Source of the DNA: Nitrosotalea sp.
GTDB lineage: Archaea > Thermoproteota > Nitrososphaeria > Nitrososphaerales > Nitrosopumilaceae
Assembly (NCBI GenBank): GCA_023252335.1
Contig: JAJPEA010000001.1
Coordinates: 1 to 46,382, forward strand
Direction of reading: 5' to 3'
Length of the DNA stretch: 46,382 bases
Part shown: positions 1-10,311 of the stretch, in pieces
Layout: every line of letters begins with the position of its first letter
Numbering within the stretch: the first letter of the stretch is position 1
The notes under the pieces: generated by a model
The model's database searches: none
What the model was told of the DNA's origin: nothing
The model's input: the letters and a program-made list of their open reading frames with translations, nothing else
Made by a program: the position numbers and the translations under genes

Positions 1-55
1 AGTTATGGGCCCTACGAAAGAGCAAATTGACATGCGCTATAAAATAGTATAGAGG

Positions 56-706
56 TTAGCAGTAAGCATTGTAGCAGCTATCAAGTAAGAGATTTTGAGC
101 AGCTACTGATTTACTAGCTATTTCCACTAGTTCGTCTTCTTTTGATGCAGAAGTTTTTTCCAAGATTTTTCTCCAGAGGGCAGCATGTCGTATGTCAGCT
201 TCTGCATGAAGTCTGAAATATTCTATTGCATCATCATCTGAAAGACCATAAAATTTTCTCAATCCATCTATTTTTGACAAGCTAATTTTTGGTATTTCTT
301 GTTCCAAAGCATACATTGCAGCAGCTCCACCCTCAAATGTATTCATCAGACATGAAAGATTTGAAATTGCTTGTTTAGTATGGTCAAGGCCTGCATATTG
401 TCCTAGTTCATTTTGTGATACGCCTAGTGCAGATGCAAATTTTATCCACGGTTCGATATGTTCAGATTCCTCATCTCTATTTGAGGCAATTGTGCTTTTG
501 AGTTCAGATGGACTTTTCTCCATTACCTGTCCTACAAATGAGGGAACTGATTTTACTAGTTGAAAATATTCTTTTGAATAACCATTAAGAGAATCCATTG
601 ATAACTTGCCTTCACTCCACATTACATAGAATTTGTGCTTTAACAAACTCTGATCTTCAATAATCTTGTCAATTCTTGTGATAAGAGAACTCATAATAAT
701 TATCAC
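56..706 (-). CDS. CADD/PqqC/TenA-like heme-oxygenase-fold diiron protein
   Basis: HxFY near the N-terminus, EExEH (RDEESEH) and YFxLHxxxDxxH (YFRLHAEADIRH) metal-ligand motifs, 216 aa; true start may be Met5 (694). Confidence 0.8.
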   Translation of the reverse strand: MIIIMSSLITRIDKIIEDQSLLKHKFYVMWSEGKLSMDSLNGYSKEYFQLVKSVPSFVGQVMEKSPSELKSTIASNRDEESEHIEPWIKFASALGVSQNELGQYAGLDHTKQAISNLSCLMNTFEGGAAAMYALEQEIPKISLSKIDGLRKFYGLSDDDAIEYFRLHAEADIRHAALWRKILEKTSASKEDELVEIASKSVAAQNLLLDSCYNAYC

Positions 707-931
707 ATTTCAGCAATAAAAAAATCTTTGGAATGCCTGCAAAAGGATTTGAACAGTATAAGCCAATCCTCTCAAATTATGTCTAATGCACAAGTAAAAT
801 GTTCTATGAATCCTAAATTTCGGATTATGTGGCATTTAAATAATAAACATCTTGAAAATTACTTTCACTAATCAGGATTTGGTCAATTTGAATGATTCTA
901 TTCAGCACCTCTATTTTAGGACGATAGCAAT

Positions 932-2105
932 CTATGGAAGTGTTATAGACCCGATAGATCCAATAGATCCTACACTTGAACTAACGGAGTAAACATCGCC
1001 GCCAAAGATGTTAACTGGACTAGATGTTGATGCAATTTCATCATTGAGTGTATCATATATCTTGATATACGCACCAACTGGCATGTGATAATGTCCTATA
1101 CCCAAGGTGGCTGTGCCAGAAGAATCTACTGGTGCACTTGCAAGCACAAGACCTGACGGGTCCACAATCTTGACAGTAGCTGCAAGAATTGGATTGTTTG
1201 TTACATGGATTTTCTCACTTGTTGTTGCGTAATAGTCCTGGTAGGAGCCAGTTAACATCTGTCCTGGATACGATGATTGTGGTTCAAGATATGCATTAAA
1301 AGGTCCTGGCATCTGCAAGTTCAAGGTGCTGTTTGAATATACTAGCGTACCATCAAGGTAAACCTTGAGTAGGTTGTTGCCATTTGTAACGATAGTGCAG
1401 TCACGTGTTAGCGGCTGGTTTGCACTGTTATCTGTCCATAATACATTAAATTGTGTAGCTTGATTTGCATCACCTGTTGTAGATACCACTGCCCAATTTG
1501 TTCCCCATGCACCTATAACTGCGGCACATGTTACATAGTTGATAAATGGTTGCGATGTCTGTATGTATAATCCATTATCATACCACTGGTACGGTATGGC
1601 ATTCTGTGGCAGTGATACTATGGAATGAAATAGCATCGCGCTAGTATTTGGACTCTCTGCAAAAAATCCAGCCCAGGTGCCATTGGCTGGTGCTTGAACA
1701 CCAATGTGTAGACCCTGAGTATCTCTGGAAAATGTATACGGCGCATTTTCTACCGGTGCACTACCATAATACGACCAATATCCAGGATTTGCCTGTAATT
1801 GCTGTTGTGTCATGGTTTCATCAGTTAGTGAATCAGAAGCAACCAGTCCAGATTTGACTTGATTAATAGAATATAACAAATTTGGCGGGATGGTAAGTGA
1901 GACAGTACCTAGATTGGGATTCCACGGAACAATTGGACTGCCTGAACCTGGAGGAGGTATGATGTTACCCGGAATAGGGATTGGCCAAGATGAGGTCTGG
2001 GCCATAACAGGAGAATTTGCTACAATCGGTGAGAACAGAATAGAAAATATTATTGCGCTAAATAAGATCTTGCTTGATGTTTTCGTGTTATTTTCTAGTA
2101 CCCAT
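932..2105 (-). CDS. Secreted beta-rich protein of unknown function (paralog of the repeated domain in 42809..45775); the ORF track gives 932..2005, while the signal peptide lies upstream behind an apparent 1-nt frameshift
   Basis: Shares GLHIGVxAPxNGT, INYVTC, RDCTIVTNGxNxLKVYLDG, YxEPQSSY and IFGGDxY with the 988-aa protein; in-frame upstream VLENNTKTSSKILFSAIIFSILFSPIVANSPVMA looks like a signal peptide. Confidence 0.75.
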
Positions 2106-2889
2106 TATTTATACGACTATGTGTTGGTGACGCCATAATTGTAATCTGTAAGATTTGCATATACAATATTATGATGTTTTTATTTAAGAAAAATATTCTC
2201 TCAATTCAATACAGATTATAAAGCCTAGACAAAAGATAGGTAAAATCGGTAATTGTAAATTCATCTTTCAATAATGGAACAGCAGTATTCTTCGTCTTGA
2301 CCTTGTTGTCTTTAGTCTTCACTTTGATCTCTTGTCGGTACAGGTCTCAGTTAAATGAAGAGACTATGATAAATAATTTTACATGTATCGCAGAGGATCA
2401 GAAAGATACGAATCAAGGGATATTACAAGTTGCAAAAGCAAGCATAAAGGACAAATCATAAATTACTTCTCCGGGTAACGAAAAGCCAGTCAAGTTGAGT
2501 TACATTCCTGAAGAAGAATCATGGAATTTTCCAAAGTTTTTCGGCTCTCATCCCAACCGTATTGTTTGAATATTTTTGGTTGCTTCATTCATTAATTTTA
2601 TCTATCTTTTGTCCCATGCACCATGATAATCTTTTTGTAAAGTTCTATTGGTTCATCTTTCAAGGTAAGTAATTTTTCTGTGTAGTATTTGAGAAACTAC
2701 AAAACGTCTTTACATAGTATACATACCTGTTTTTTAGTTTGTTCACTATGCTTACAATTTAAAAGTTCGTCTATTGGAGAGATTGTTTTGATGTAGTCAA
2801 TTAATCCATTACGTCGTTTTGATTTTTGAAGGTATCCAGATTAACATCTCCAAAAGGATTTTATGGATATAAAATAGGATGCATTTCGG

Positions 2890-2983
2890 GCTCCAGTGGT
2901 GTAGACCGGTCAAGCATGTGGGACTTTCAATCCTACGACCCGGGTTCAAATTCTTCATGATGAAAATCCCGGCTGGAGCACCA
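2890..2983 (+). tRNA. tRNA-Glu(TTC) with a 16-nt non-canonical intron in the T-loop (2951..2966), CCA encoded
   Basis: Acceptor GCTCCAG/CTGGAGC, anticodon loop CT-TTC-AA, T-stem CCGGG/CCCGG; removing 2951..2966 restores TTCAAAT; bulge-helix-bulge visible. Confidence 0.92.
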
Positions 2984-3036
2984 TATTTCAAAAGCATTAA
3001 TATTCTAACTGTGAATTACGGTTGCTAGTGTAATTC

Positions 3037-3888
3037 TTGGATAGAAAGAATTTTGAAATAAATCCACTCATAAAAGACTTTGAAAATTACATAGACAAGG
3101 TTAACGATGCAATTAAACAAGAATTAGACTTGTATTCTGCCTCAGAATTTTTTGAACCATTACAATATTCTTTGGAAGGCGGAAAGAGAATAAGACCATT
3201 AATTCTCATATTATCTGCAGAAAGTGTAGGAAAGTGTGATGGAAATGCATATTCTGCATCATGTGCTGTAGAACTATTGCACACCGAGTCTGTAATTCAT
3301 GATGATATTATCGATAATGAAATTCTAAGAAGAAGAAAGGATCCTTTTCACATCAAGTATGGATATAACACTAGTATCATAACAGGAGATTTTGTTCTAG
3401 GATTGATTTTGAATATTTCATCTCGTCTTGATAATGCAAGAATAGGAAGAGAGCTTGCAATTACTGCAATGATGATGAGTGAGGGAGAAATGATTGAAAC
3501 AAGATTAGAGACAAGCGAAGATGTTACTTTTGACGACTATGTAAAAGTCATGGAGTACAAGACCGCTACTGCATTTGAAGCAGCGGCAAAGATTGGAGCC
3601 ATATTAGGTGGAGGTACAGAAGAGCAAATTTTGGCACTTGCAGAATATGGCAAAAACATGGGAATAGCATATCAAATCAGAGATGATTTACAAGATTGGA
3701 ATAATGAAGATAAATTATTCAATACATTGATCAAGAAAAGTTCTGATCCTCGTATTGTATTTGACAAGATGGATGTTATGCTCAACAATTATTCCAAGAA
3801 AGCAAAGACAGCATTAAGAAAAATTAATGATGGTCCTTCAAGAACAAGATTAGAGAGTCTTCTAGACTTTACTATGCTTAGTGTATAA
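3037..3888 (+). CDS. Polyprenyl (geranylgeranyl) diphosphate synthase
   Basis: GGKRIRP, first Asp-rich motif DDIID followed by RRR, YKTA, second motif YQIRDDLQD. Confidence 0.9.
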   Translation: MDRKNFEINPLIKDFENYIDKVNDAIKQELDLYSASEFFEPLQYSLEGGKRIRPLILILSAESVGKCDGNAYSASCAVELLHTESVIHDDIIDNEILRRRKDPFHIKYGYNTSIITGDFVLGLILNISSRLDNARIGRELAITAMMMSEGEMIETRLETSEDVTFDDYVKVMEYKTATAFEAAAKIGAILGGGTEEQILALAEYGKNMGIAYQIRDDLQDWNNEDKLFNTLIKKSSDPRIVFDKMDVMLNNYSKKAKTALRKINDGPSRTRLESLLDFTMLSV

Positions 3889-5365
3889 CTGGCAATCCGC
3901 TCATAATAGGAACTGCAGATTTTGCAAATGCAATAACTGGATCTGGATAGATACCTATTCCAACTATGAAGATTATTGAAAATATCATGACTGCAATTAC
4001 TGATTTTGGTTCTTGTAGTCTCTTGTTTGATTCTCCATCTTCAAAGTACATTTTTCTAATTATCCAACCATAGTAAGCAAGTGAGAGTGCACTGTTAAGA
4101 ACTCCTGCCACTGCAAGATATGGAGCCCACCACAAAGTATGGCCTGCATCTATTGCAGATCCAAATAACATTAGTTTGCTCCAAAATCCATTAAGTGGTG
4201 GTACACCAGCTAGTGCAAGTAATGAAATTGTAAGACCAAGTGCGGTGATGGGCATTCTTTTGCCAAGGCCTTTTATCTTTTCAATATGAGTAACACCAAG
4301 AGTTGTAACAATTCCTGCAACAGCAATGAAAGTTGATGCCTTCATTACAGAGTGATTTAAGATGTGGAACAACGAGGCCTGGATTCCAATGGGTGAGATT
4401 GGCGCTACACTAAGACCAATCAAAATGTATCCTGCCTGTCCAATACTTGAATAAGCAAGCATTCTTGTGAGATTTCTCTGTTTGATTGCAGCCAAGTTTC
4501 CTATAGTCATGGTTACAATAGCAATTACTGCAAGTGCAAATGCCCAGTGAAGATTGAGTGCTATTGCACCCATGATTATCACTCTCAGAGCTGCTGCAAA
4601 ACCTGCTTTCTTTGTACCAGCTGCAAGTAATGCAGCTATTGTCGGAGGAGCGCCTTCATATGCATCAGGTAACCACATGTGGAATGGAACTAGACCTATT
4701 TTGAATCCAAAGCCAGCTATGAACATGCCCACAGCAAGTATTGCAAGAGGCATCATGTCAGGTCCAAGCTTTGAGAACCCAGCAATGACTTGTTCGATAT
4801 TTGTAGAACCTGTCAGACCGTATGCAATTGAGATTCCATAGATTATGATTCCAGATGACAAGGCACCAAACAGGAAATACTTGATTGCAGCTTCATTTGA
4901 TGAAGGATCCTTTTTGAGATATCCAGCCAAGACATATGTTGGAATACTCATGAGTTCCCATGCTATGAATAACATTACAAGATCAGTCGAGTATGCAATT
5001 AGTACCATTCCAACTGATGCAAGTAGAATTAACGAATAGTATACTGCAGGATTGGCTCTTTTTCGCATATAGCTAAATGAGCCTACTGTTGTCATTATTC
5101 CAACAATCAACATTGCAATTGCAAAGAATGATCCAAACTTGTCATCAACTAGAACATTTGACGAGAAAATTGCAGATTGTGTTACATGTTTTGTAATTAT
5201 TTGATAGATGACAAATCCAATTGCTGCAAGTAACGCGCCAAGAGTTATGGCACCATAAACAGAAGAGCCTTTCTCTTTTCTTGCTACATTAATTACTGGA
5301 ATTAATACTCCTACTGCCCCAAGTATCAGAGTTAACATAATTGGTGTTGATGTAAAGTCTATCAT
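3878..5365 (-). CDS. nuoN: Complex I subunit N
   Basis: Antiporter-like membrane subunit with EAAIKYF, FKIGLVPFHMWLPDAYEGAP and LAYSSIGQAGY; last gene of the nuo operon. Confidence 0.95.
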   Translation of the reverse strand: MIDFTSTPIMLTLILGAVGVLIPVINVARKEKGSSVYGAITLGALLAAIGFVIYQIITKHVTQSAIFSSNVLVDDKFGSFFAIAMLIVGIMTTVGSFSYMRKRANPAVYYSLILLASVGMVLIAYSTDLVMLFIAWELMSIPTYVLAGYLKKDPSSNEAAIKYFLFGALSSGIIIYGISIAYGLTGSTNIEQVIAGFSKLGPDMMPLAILAVGMFIAGFGFKIGLVPFHMWLPDAYEGAPPTIAALLAAGTKKAGFAAALRVIIMGAIALNLHWAFALAVIAIVTMTIGNLAAIKQRNLTRMLAYSSIGQAGYILIGLSVAPISPIGIQASLFHILNHSVMKASTFIAVAGIVTTLGVTHIEKIKGLGKRMPITALGLTISLLALAGVPPLNGFWSKLMLFGSAIDAGHTLWWAPYLAVAGVLNSALSLAYYGWIIRKMYFEDGESNKRLQEPKSVIAVMIFSIIFIVGIGIYPDPVIAFAKSAVPIMSGLPVIH

Positions 5366-5375
5366 TTTCTATCTC

Positions 5376-7463
5376 CTAAATTAACAACAGGAATACTACG
5401 ATTAGTATACCTACTCCAAAGATGTAAAGATATGATTGAGAAACTCCTGTCTGTGTTGCTTGCATTATTCTTGCACCACCAGCCATAGTCTTCTCTGGAA
5501 CCACATTGAATCCCTCTAATACAATGTTCTCAAAGTACTTGTAAAGACCCCTTGCTACGTACAGAGGAGCTACCACAAATCCCCAATAGATCATTGCATT
5601 GAGATACCATCTGTTTAAGAAGAATTTGTGAATGGCGTAAAAGAATATGTTTGAATTTACAAATTTAACTGGATCAGCAAATCTTCCGATATAGAATACA
5701 TACCCTAGTCCAAATCCAATGGCAAACGCAGCTAACGATGCCATGAGAGCTAAAGGATTAACACCTTCTAGGAAGCCACCAAGTAATTGCTGTGACCCTC
5801 CCATTGCAACGGCTGAAACATCAGACTTTATTCCAAAGGTTGAACCCAAGTAATTAACAAAGAGATCATGTATCTGATGTTCAAATGCAAGACCCATTAC
5901 ACCTACTCCAATTGTTAGCACAGCAAGTATTCCATATGGAACCCACATTGAAGGACTAGCTTCGTGTACATGATGTCCTGCCTTTTCCAGTTCTTCAATA
6001 TGCTTGCTTTTGTTACCAAAGAATACTAGTCCTATCATTCTAGTTGTATAGAACGCAGTTATCACTGCAGTAACTACTGCAATTGCAAATAGTGGAAGAG
6101 CCCAAGTATTACCGGACTGGTAAACTGCTGCAAATATTGCATCTTTACTCCAGAAACCTGTTGTGATAAATGGAGCACCCATCAAGCCAAGGCCTGCTGC
6201 CCACATGAAGATATAGGTCTTTTTCATGTATTTTCTCAGACCTCCCATATCTGTCATAAACCTAGAACCAACAATGTGTAATACAGAACCTGCTGCCATG
6301 AACAGCGATGCCTTGAACATGGCATGCGAAATCAGGTGGAAGAATCCAGCTGTATATCCATCAACGAATTGTTTTGAAAGACCTGCAACACCAAGAGCCA
6401 TCATCATGTAACCTATCTGAGAGCCAGTAGAATATGCAAGGACTTTTTTTATTTCAGGATGCACCATTCCTTGTGTGGCAAGAAGAAGTGCAGTTATTGC
6501 CCCAACCCATGCTATCACCTCAAAGAATTGATCCATATTGATTCCAATTGCTGCTAGTGCAAAGAATAGAGGAGCCAATCTTGCTACCAAAAATACACCG
6601 GCCTTTACCATTGTTGCAGCATGAATGAGTGCTGAAACTGCAGTAGGTCCTGTCATTGCCTCAAGTAGCCATTCGTTTAATGGAAATTGTGCAGATTTTC
6701 CTATTGCACCACCAAATAACAAAACAGCAGCTGGAATAAGCAAATGCTGTGCAGCCATGGCAGTTGCCCAGCTAGTATTTGTAGTTAATTCTCTAAATCC
6801 AAAAGTGCCTGCAAATGCAAAGATTAGGAACATACCAGCTAGCATCATGATATCACCAACTTTTGTCATGATGAATGCCTTCATTCCAGAATGTGTTGGA
6901 GAATAATAGTCCATAAGACCAAGCACATGTCGTCCTTCTATGCCAACATGATCCTTTTTCTTGTCTTTATACCAAAATCCTACCAAGGCATATGATGCAA
7001 GGCCTACTCCTTCCCAACCAAAGAAGAGCTGCAAAAAGTTATCAGATAAAACAATAAGCTGCATTGAACCCAAGAAGAATGCCATCCAGAAGAAAAATCT
7101 AGTTAGATCCTTGTCCCCTTTCATGTATCCAGTACTGTATACAAATATCAAAAATGAAATCCAAGCAACAACATTGCTCATTATTACAGCAAGTGGATCA
7201 GCTAAAACTCCAGCCTTGAGTCCAATGGATGAGATCCAAGGAATTTGGTTGTGTATCTCATGATTACTAAGAGCTGATGGAAGAAGAGTTAGAACAGAGA
7301 TTGCACTTGCAAGAGCAAATGCTACTGCAACATAACCAGTTGCGCGTTTGGAAGCTTTTCCAACAGCTGGTATTATCAGAGCTGCAATAAATGGAAGTAT
7401 CCAAATTGCCCATACTCTAAGATCTCCCAATCCAGAAATAAAATCAAAAGGCAAAATATTCAT
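5376..7463 (-). CDS. nuoL: Complex I subunit L
   Basis: GWEGVGLASY, GKSAQFPLNEWLLEAMTGPTAVSALIHAATMV, HAMFKASLFM; 695 aa. Confidence 0.95.
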   Translation of the reverse strand: MNILPFDFISGLGDLRVWAIWILPFIAALIIPAVGKASKRATGYVAVAFALASAISVLTLLPSALSNHEIHNQIPWISSIGLKAGVLADPLAVIMSNVVAWISFLIFVYSTGYMKGDKDLTRFFFWMAFFLGSMQLIVLSDNFLQLFFGWEGVGLASYALVGFWYKDKKKDHVGIEGRHVLGLMDYYSPTHSGMKAFIMTKVGDIMMLAGMFLIFAFAGTFGFRELTTNTSWATAMAAQHLLIPAAVLLFGGAIGKSAQFPLNEWLLEAMTGPTAVSALIHAATMVKAGVFLVARLAPLFFALAAIGINMDQFFEVIAWVGAITALLLATQGMVHPEIKKVLAYSTGSQIGYMMMALGVAGLSKQFVDGYTAGFFHLISHAMFKASLFMAAGSVLHIVGSRFMTDMGGLRKYMKKTYIFMWAAGLGLMGAPFITTGFWSKDAIFAAVYQSGNTWALPLFAIAVVTAVITAFYTTRMIGLVFFGNKSKHIEELEKAGHHVHEASPSMWVPYGILAVLTIGVGVMGLAFEHQIHDLFVNYLGSTFGIKSDVSAVAMGGSQQLLGGFLEGVNPLALMASLAAFAIGFGLGYVFYIGRFADPVKFVNSNIFFYAIHKFFLNRWYLNAMIYWGFVVAPLYVARGLYKYFENIVLEGFNVVPEKTMAGGARIMQATQTGVSQSYLYIFGVGILIVVFLLLI

Positions 7464-7466
7464 TTT

Positions 7467-9023
7467 CTAAACTCCTACCAATCCTTTCATGAAAGGAATA
7501 ATTTGGTTAAAGAATACATCTGGATATATTCCAATAACAACACTAAATCCTGCCAAGACCATCATTGGGCCTGTAACATACCAATTGGCTTCTTTTGTTT
7601 TTTCTAGATTTTCTGGAAGTTTTCCAAAGAAGATTCGTTTTATCATCCATAGTACATATGCCATAGTAATTACAGTTGCAACCAAACCTAGACCAAATGT
7701 AGCCATTCTTATCATTGAGCCCTGTTGAATTGCAGTTTGGAGTGCGCCATAGAACATTGTCCATTCTGCCATAAATCCACTAGTTGGAGGAACACCCATG
7801 AGAGTAAGGGCTCCAATCATTGCACAAACTGCTGTTATTGGCATCTTTCCTGCAAGACCTCCCATCTTTGTTATACTGCGAGTTCCAACTTGCAAAATTA
7901 TTGCGCCAACCATCATGAACAAAATCACTTTACCTAGACTGTGAGATACAAACATCATTTCAGAACCAGAGAGTCCAAGTGCAGAGGCAGAACCAATTCC
8001 AAATAAAATATAGCCCATTTGACTAATACTAGAATAAGCAAATAATTTTCTAATGTCATCTTGCACTAATGCCATTATTCCACCGTAGATCATAGTTACC
8101 AGGCCCCAAATGTTCAAGGCCAACGCAAAATGCTCGTACTGGGCAGGCATTAGCATTATTATCAATCTAAAGAATCCATATGCGCCAACTCCTAACATTG
8201 CTCCAGAGGAGAGTGCGTTAAGCGGAGTTGGCGAAGATCGGTAAACATGTGGTAACCACATGTGCACTACAAATGATGCCATCTTCACAGCAAGCCCGAC
8301 TATGATTGCAACAGCTGCTAGTGCAAGAACATGCGGAGGTATACCATGTGTTTTGATATCTGCATAATTGAAACTGCCAACGCTTAGACCAATTGAAAGA
8401 AAACCTAGTAAAAGAATTACAGCACCAACATGAGTCCAGAAAAAGAATAGCAATGCCACTCTACGTCTTGATTCATATCCCCAAATTGCTAACATGAAAA
8501 ATGCTGGAATAAGCATGACCTCAAAGAAGACATAAAATTCAATCAAGTTGGTTGCAAGTATAGTTCCAAGCATACCCATTGCCATTACAAGGAAGAGCGC
8601 ATAGTATGCTCCAATTTGATGATTAAGGTGACTTTTCAGAGAGGAAGATTCTACCATTTCAGTACCGCCTCCTACTAGTTGTTTTTCAGAATTCATTCGC
8701 TCTTCAAACATGGTAGTAATTCTTGAAACCATGTATGGTTTTGAGAAAAGTGCTACCACTGTTGATATCAAATATATGATAATTGCAAACGGAGAAGCAA
8801 GGCCGTCAAGCAATAATCCAAATTCACCAAACAGCTGAGTCCATTTGTAATGCTCTTCATAACCTCCTGAAAGCACTGGAGTAATAACTAGTACAGTGCA
8901 ATATGCCAGTAATCCAAAACTAAACAATGCTGCAACAGTAGGCCCAGACTTGCGTCCAAGATAATATGCAACCGGAGAGAGCAATAGTGGCAATAGCAGA
9001 GCCTGTAATAGTACGAATTGCAT
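7467..9023 (-). CDS. nuoM: Complex I subunit M
   Basis: FYVFFEVMLIP, HMWLP, AYSSISQMGY, GVPPTSGFMAE. Confidence 0.93.
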   Translation of the reverse strand: MQFVLLQALLLPLLLSPVAYYLGRKSGPTVAALFSFGLLAYCTVLVITPVLSGGYEEHYKWTQLFGEFGLLLDGLASPFAIIIYLISTVVALFSKPYMVSRITTMFEERMNSEKQLVGGGTEMVESSSLKSHLNHQIGAYYALFLVMAMGMLGTILATNLIEFYVFFEVMLIPAFFMLAIWGYESRRRVALLFFFWTHVGAVILLLGFLSIGLSVGSFNYADIKTHGIPPHVLALAAVAIIVGLAVKMASFVVHMWLPHVYRSSPTPLNALSSGAMLGVGAYGFFRLIIMLMPAQYEHFALALNIWGLVTMIYGGIMALVQDDIRKLFAYSSISQMGYILFGIGSASALGLSGSEMMFVSHSLGKVILFMMVGAIILQVGTRSITKMGGLAGKMPITAVCAMIGALTLMGVPPTSGFMAEWTMFYGALQTAIQQGSMIRMATFGLGLVATVITMAYVLWMIKRIFFGKLPENLEKTKEANWYVTGPMMVLAGFSVVIGIYPDVFFNQIIPFMKGLVGV

Positions 9024-9328
9024 TATCCTTTCAAACTCCTAAAGTCTGCAATGTCAATGTTTCTGTACATCCTATATGCCACAATTACCAGTGCCAACCC
9101 GACTGCAACCTCTGCTGCTGCAATTGCTATTGAAAAGAGAGCAAATGTTTGTCCCTGGCTATTTGGTATATATCTTGAAAATGCTACCAAGTTGAGATTG
9201 GCAGAATTGATAACCATCTCTATGCCAAAGAGCATACGTATTGCATTTCTTTTTACTGCAATTCCATAGATTCCAATGGCAAGCAATGCCACTGAAACTA
9301 GAATAAAATCAATCAGCGCGTTGGCCAT
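9023..9328 (-). CDS. nuoK: Complex I subunit K
   Basis: 101 aa, IEMVINSANLN, AAAEVAVGLAL, C-terminal LKG. Confidence 0.95.
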   Translation of the reverse strand: MANALIDFILVSVALLAIGIYGIAVKRNAIRMLFGIEMVINSANLNLVAFSRYIPNSQGQTFALFSIAIAAAEVAVGLALVIVAYRMYRNIDIADFRSLKG

Positions 9329-9821
9329 CTATAACATCCTCCCTTCGTGCTAGTGTCATTGCCCCAATAATTGATGATGCCAAAATTAATGCCATCACTA
9401 TTAATGCAGGCGAATAATATGTTAGAAAGTCTTCTCCAATTTTTTTGTAATCTACTTCAGCTGAATTTGTTTCCATTGTTTTCAGACCAGAACCAATGAT
9501 TATTGTTCCTATGCCTAACATGATAACAATCATCAATGCAATACCAGCATATCTTCTGCGTTTGTCTTCGACTTTATTGAAAATAAGTTCGCGTCTTACC
9601 AACATGACTGTAAACAGTATAAGAACTGCAATGGAACCAACGTAAACTGAAAGTTGGAACATGGCCACAAATGGCGCATCTAAAAGCAAAAAGAATCCAG
9701 CAACGCCAGATAATGCAAGCATCAATGCGATTGAACCATATATCAAAGAACGTATCTCAAGTGCTGCAATTGCAGATCCAATTGTCAGAACAGAAAGAGC
9801 TAGAAATACAGCATCAACCAT
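9309..9821 (-). CDS. nuoJ: Complex I subunit J
   Basis: QLSVYVGSIAVLILFTVML motif; start taken at MVDAVF (ORF track 9839). Confidence 0.92.
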   Translation of the reverse strand: MVDAVFLALSVLTIGSAIAALEIRSLIYGSIALMLALSGVAGFFLLLDAPFVAMFQLSVYVGSIAVLILFTVMLVRRELIFNKVEDKRRRYAGIALMIVIMLGIGTIIIGSGLKTMETNSAEVDYKKIGEDFLTYYSPALIVMALILASSIIGAMTLARREDVIDGQRAD

Positions 9822-10311
9822 GTGAAGCACCCCTGTCATCGATCTTTATTTCAACATCTTGTGAGATGTTTGGCTTTATGGCAAGTTGGGCAGGGGTGTA
9901 AATCAGAGCAGATTTTGTAAAAGATGAAAGCTCATAATCGTTGGTCATGTAGAGCGCATAAAATGGACATGCATCAACACATAGACCACAGAATACACAT
10001 TTACCGTAATCTATCTGTGGCATTATGGCTTTCTTATTATGCTTCCATGTTTCATGAACCTTGACCATGCTTATGGCCTCTGCTATCCCCTCACATGCTA
10101 CCGAGCAAAGCTGACAACCAGTACAGTGCTCATGGAATAGTATGTGTCTTCCTCGCAACCCAGCAATTCCCACTCCAGTTTCTGGATTGAACTGAAAGCC
10201 ATCACCTACAAATTTTAATTTCTGTTCAGGATAACGTAACGTAAATCGTTTCACTGCAAGATGTTTTACACCAGAATTTAGTGCACGTATTATCCCAATT
10301 ACATTACTCAT
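9814..10311 (-). CDS. nuoI: Complex I subunit I (2x[4Fe-4S])
   Basis: CTGCQLCSVAC and CVFCGLCVDACP. Confidence 0.95.
   Translation of the reverse strand: MSNVIGIIRALNSGVKHLAVKRFTLRYPEQKLKFVGDGFQFNPETGVGIAGLRGRHILFHEHCTGCQLCSVACEGIAEAISMVKVHETWKHNKKAIMPQIDYGKCVFCGLCVDACPFYALYMTNDYELSSFTKSALIYTPAQLAIKPNISQDVEIKIDDRGASHG

Noticed and set aside
2809-2997. 62-aa minus-strand ORF
   Set aside because: Overlaps tRNA-Glu
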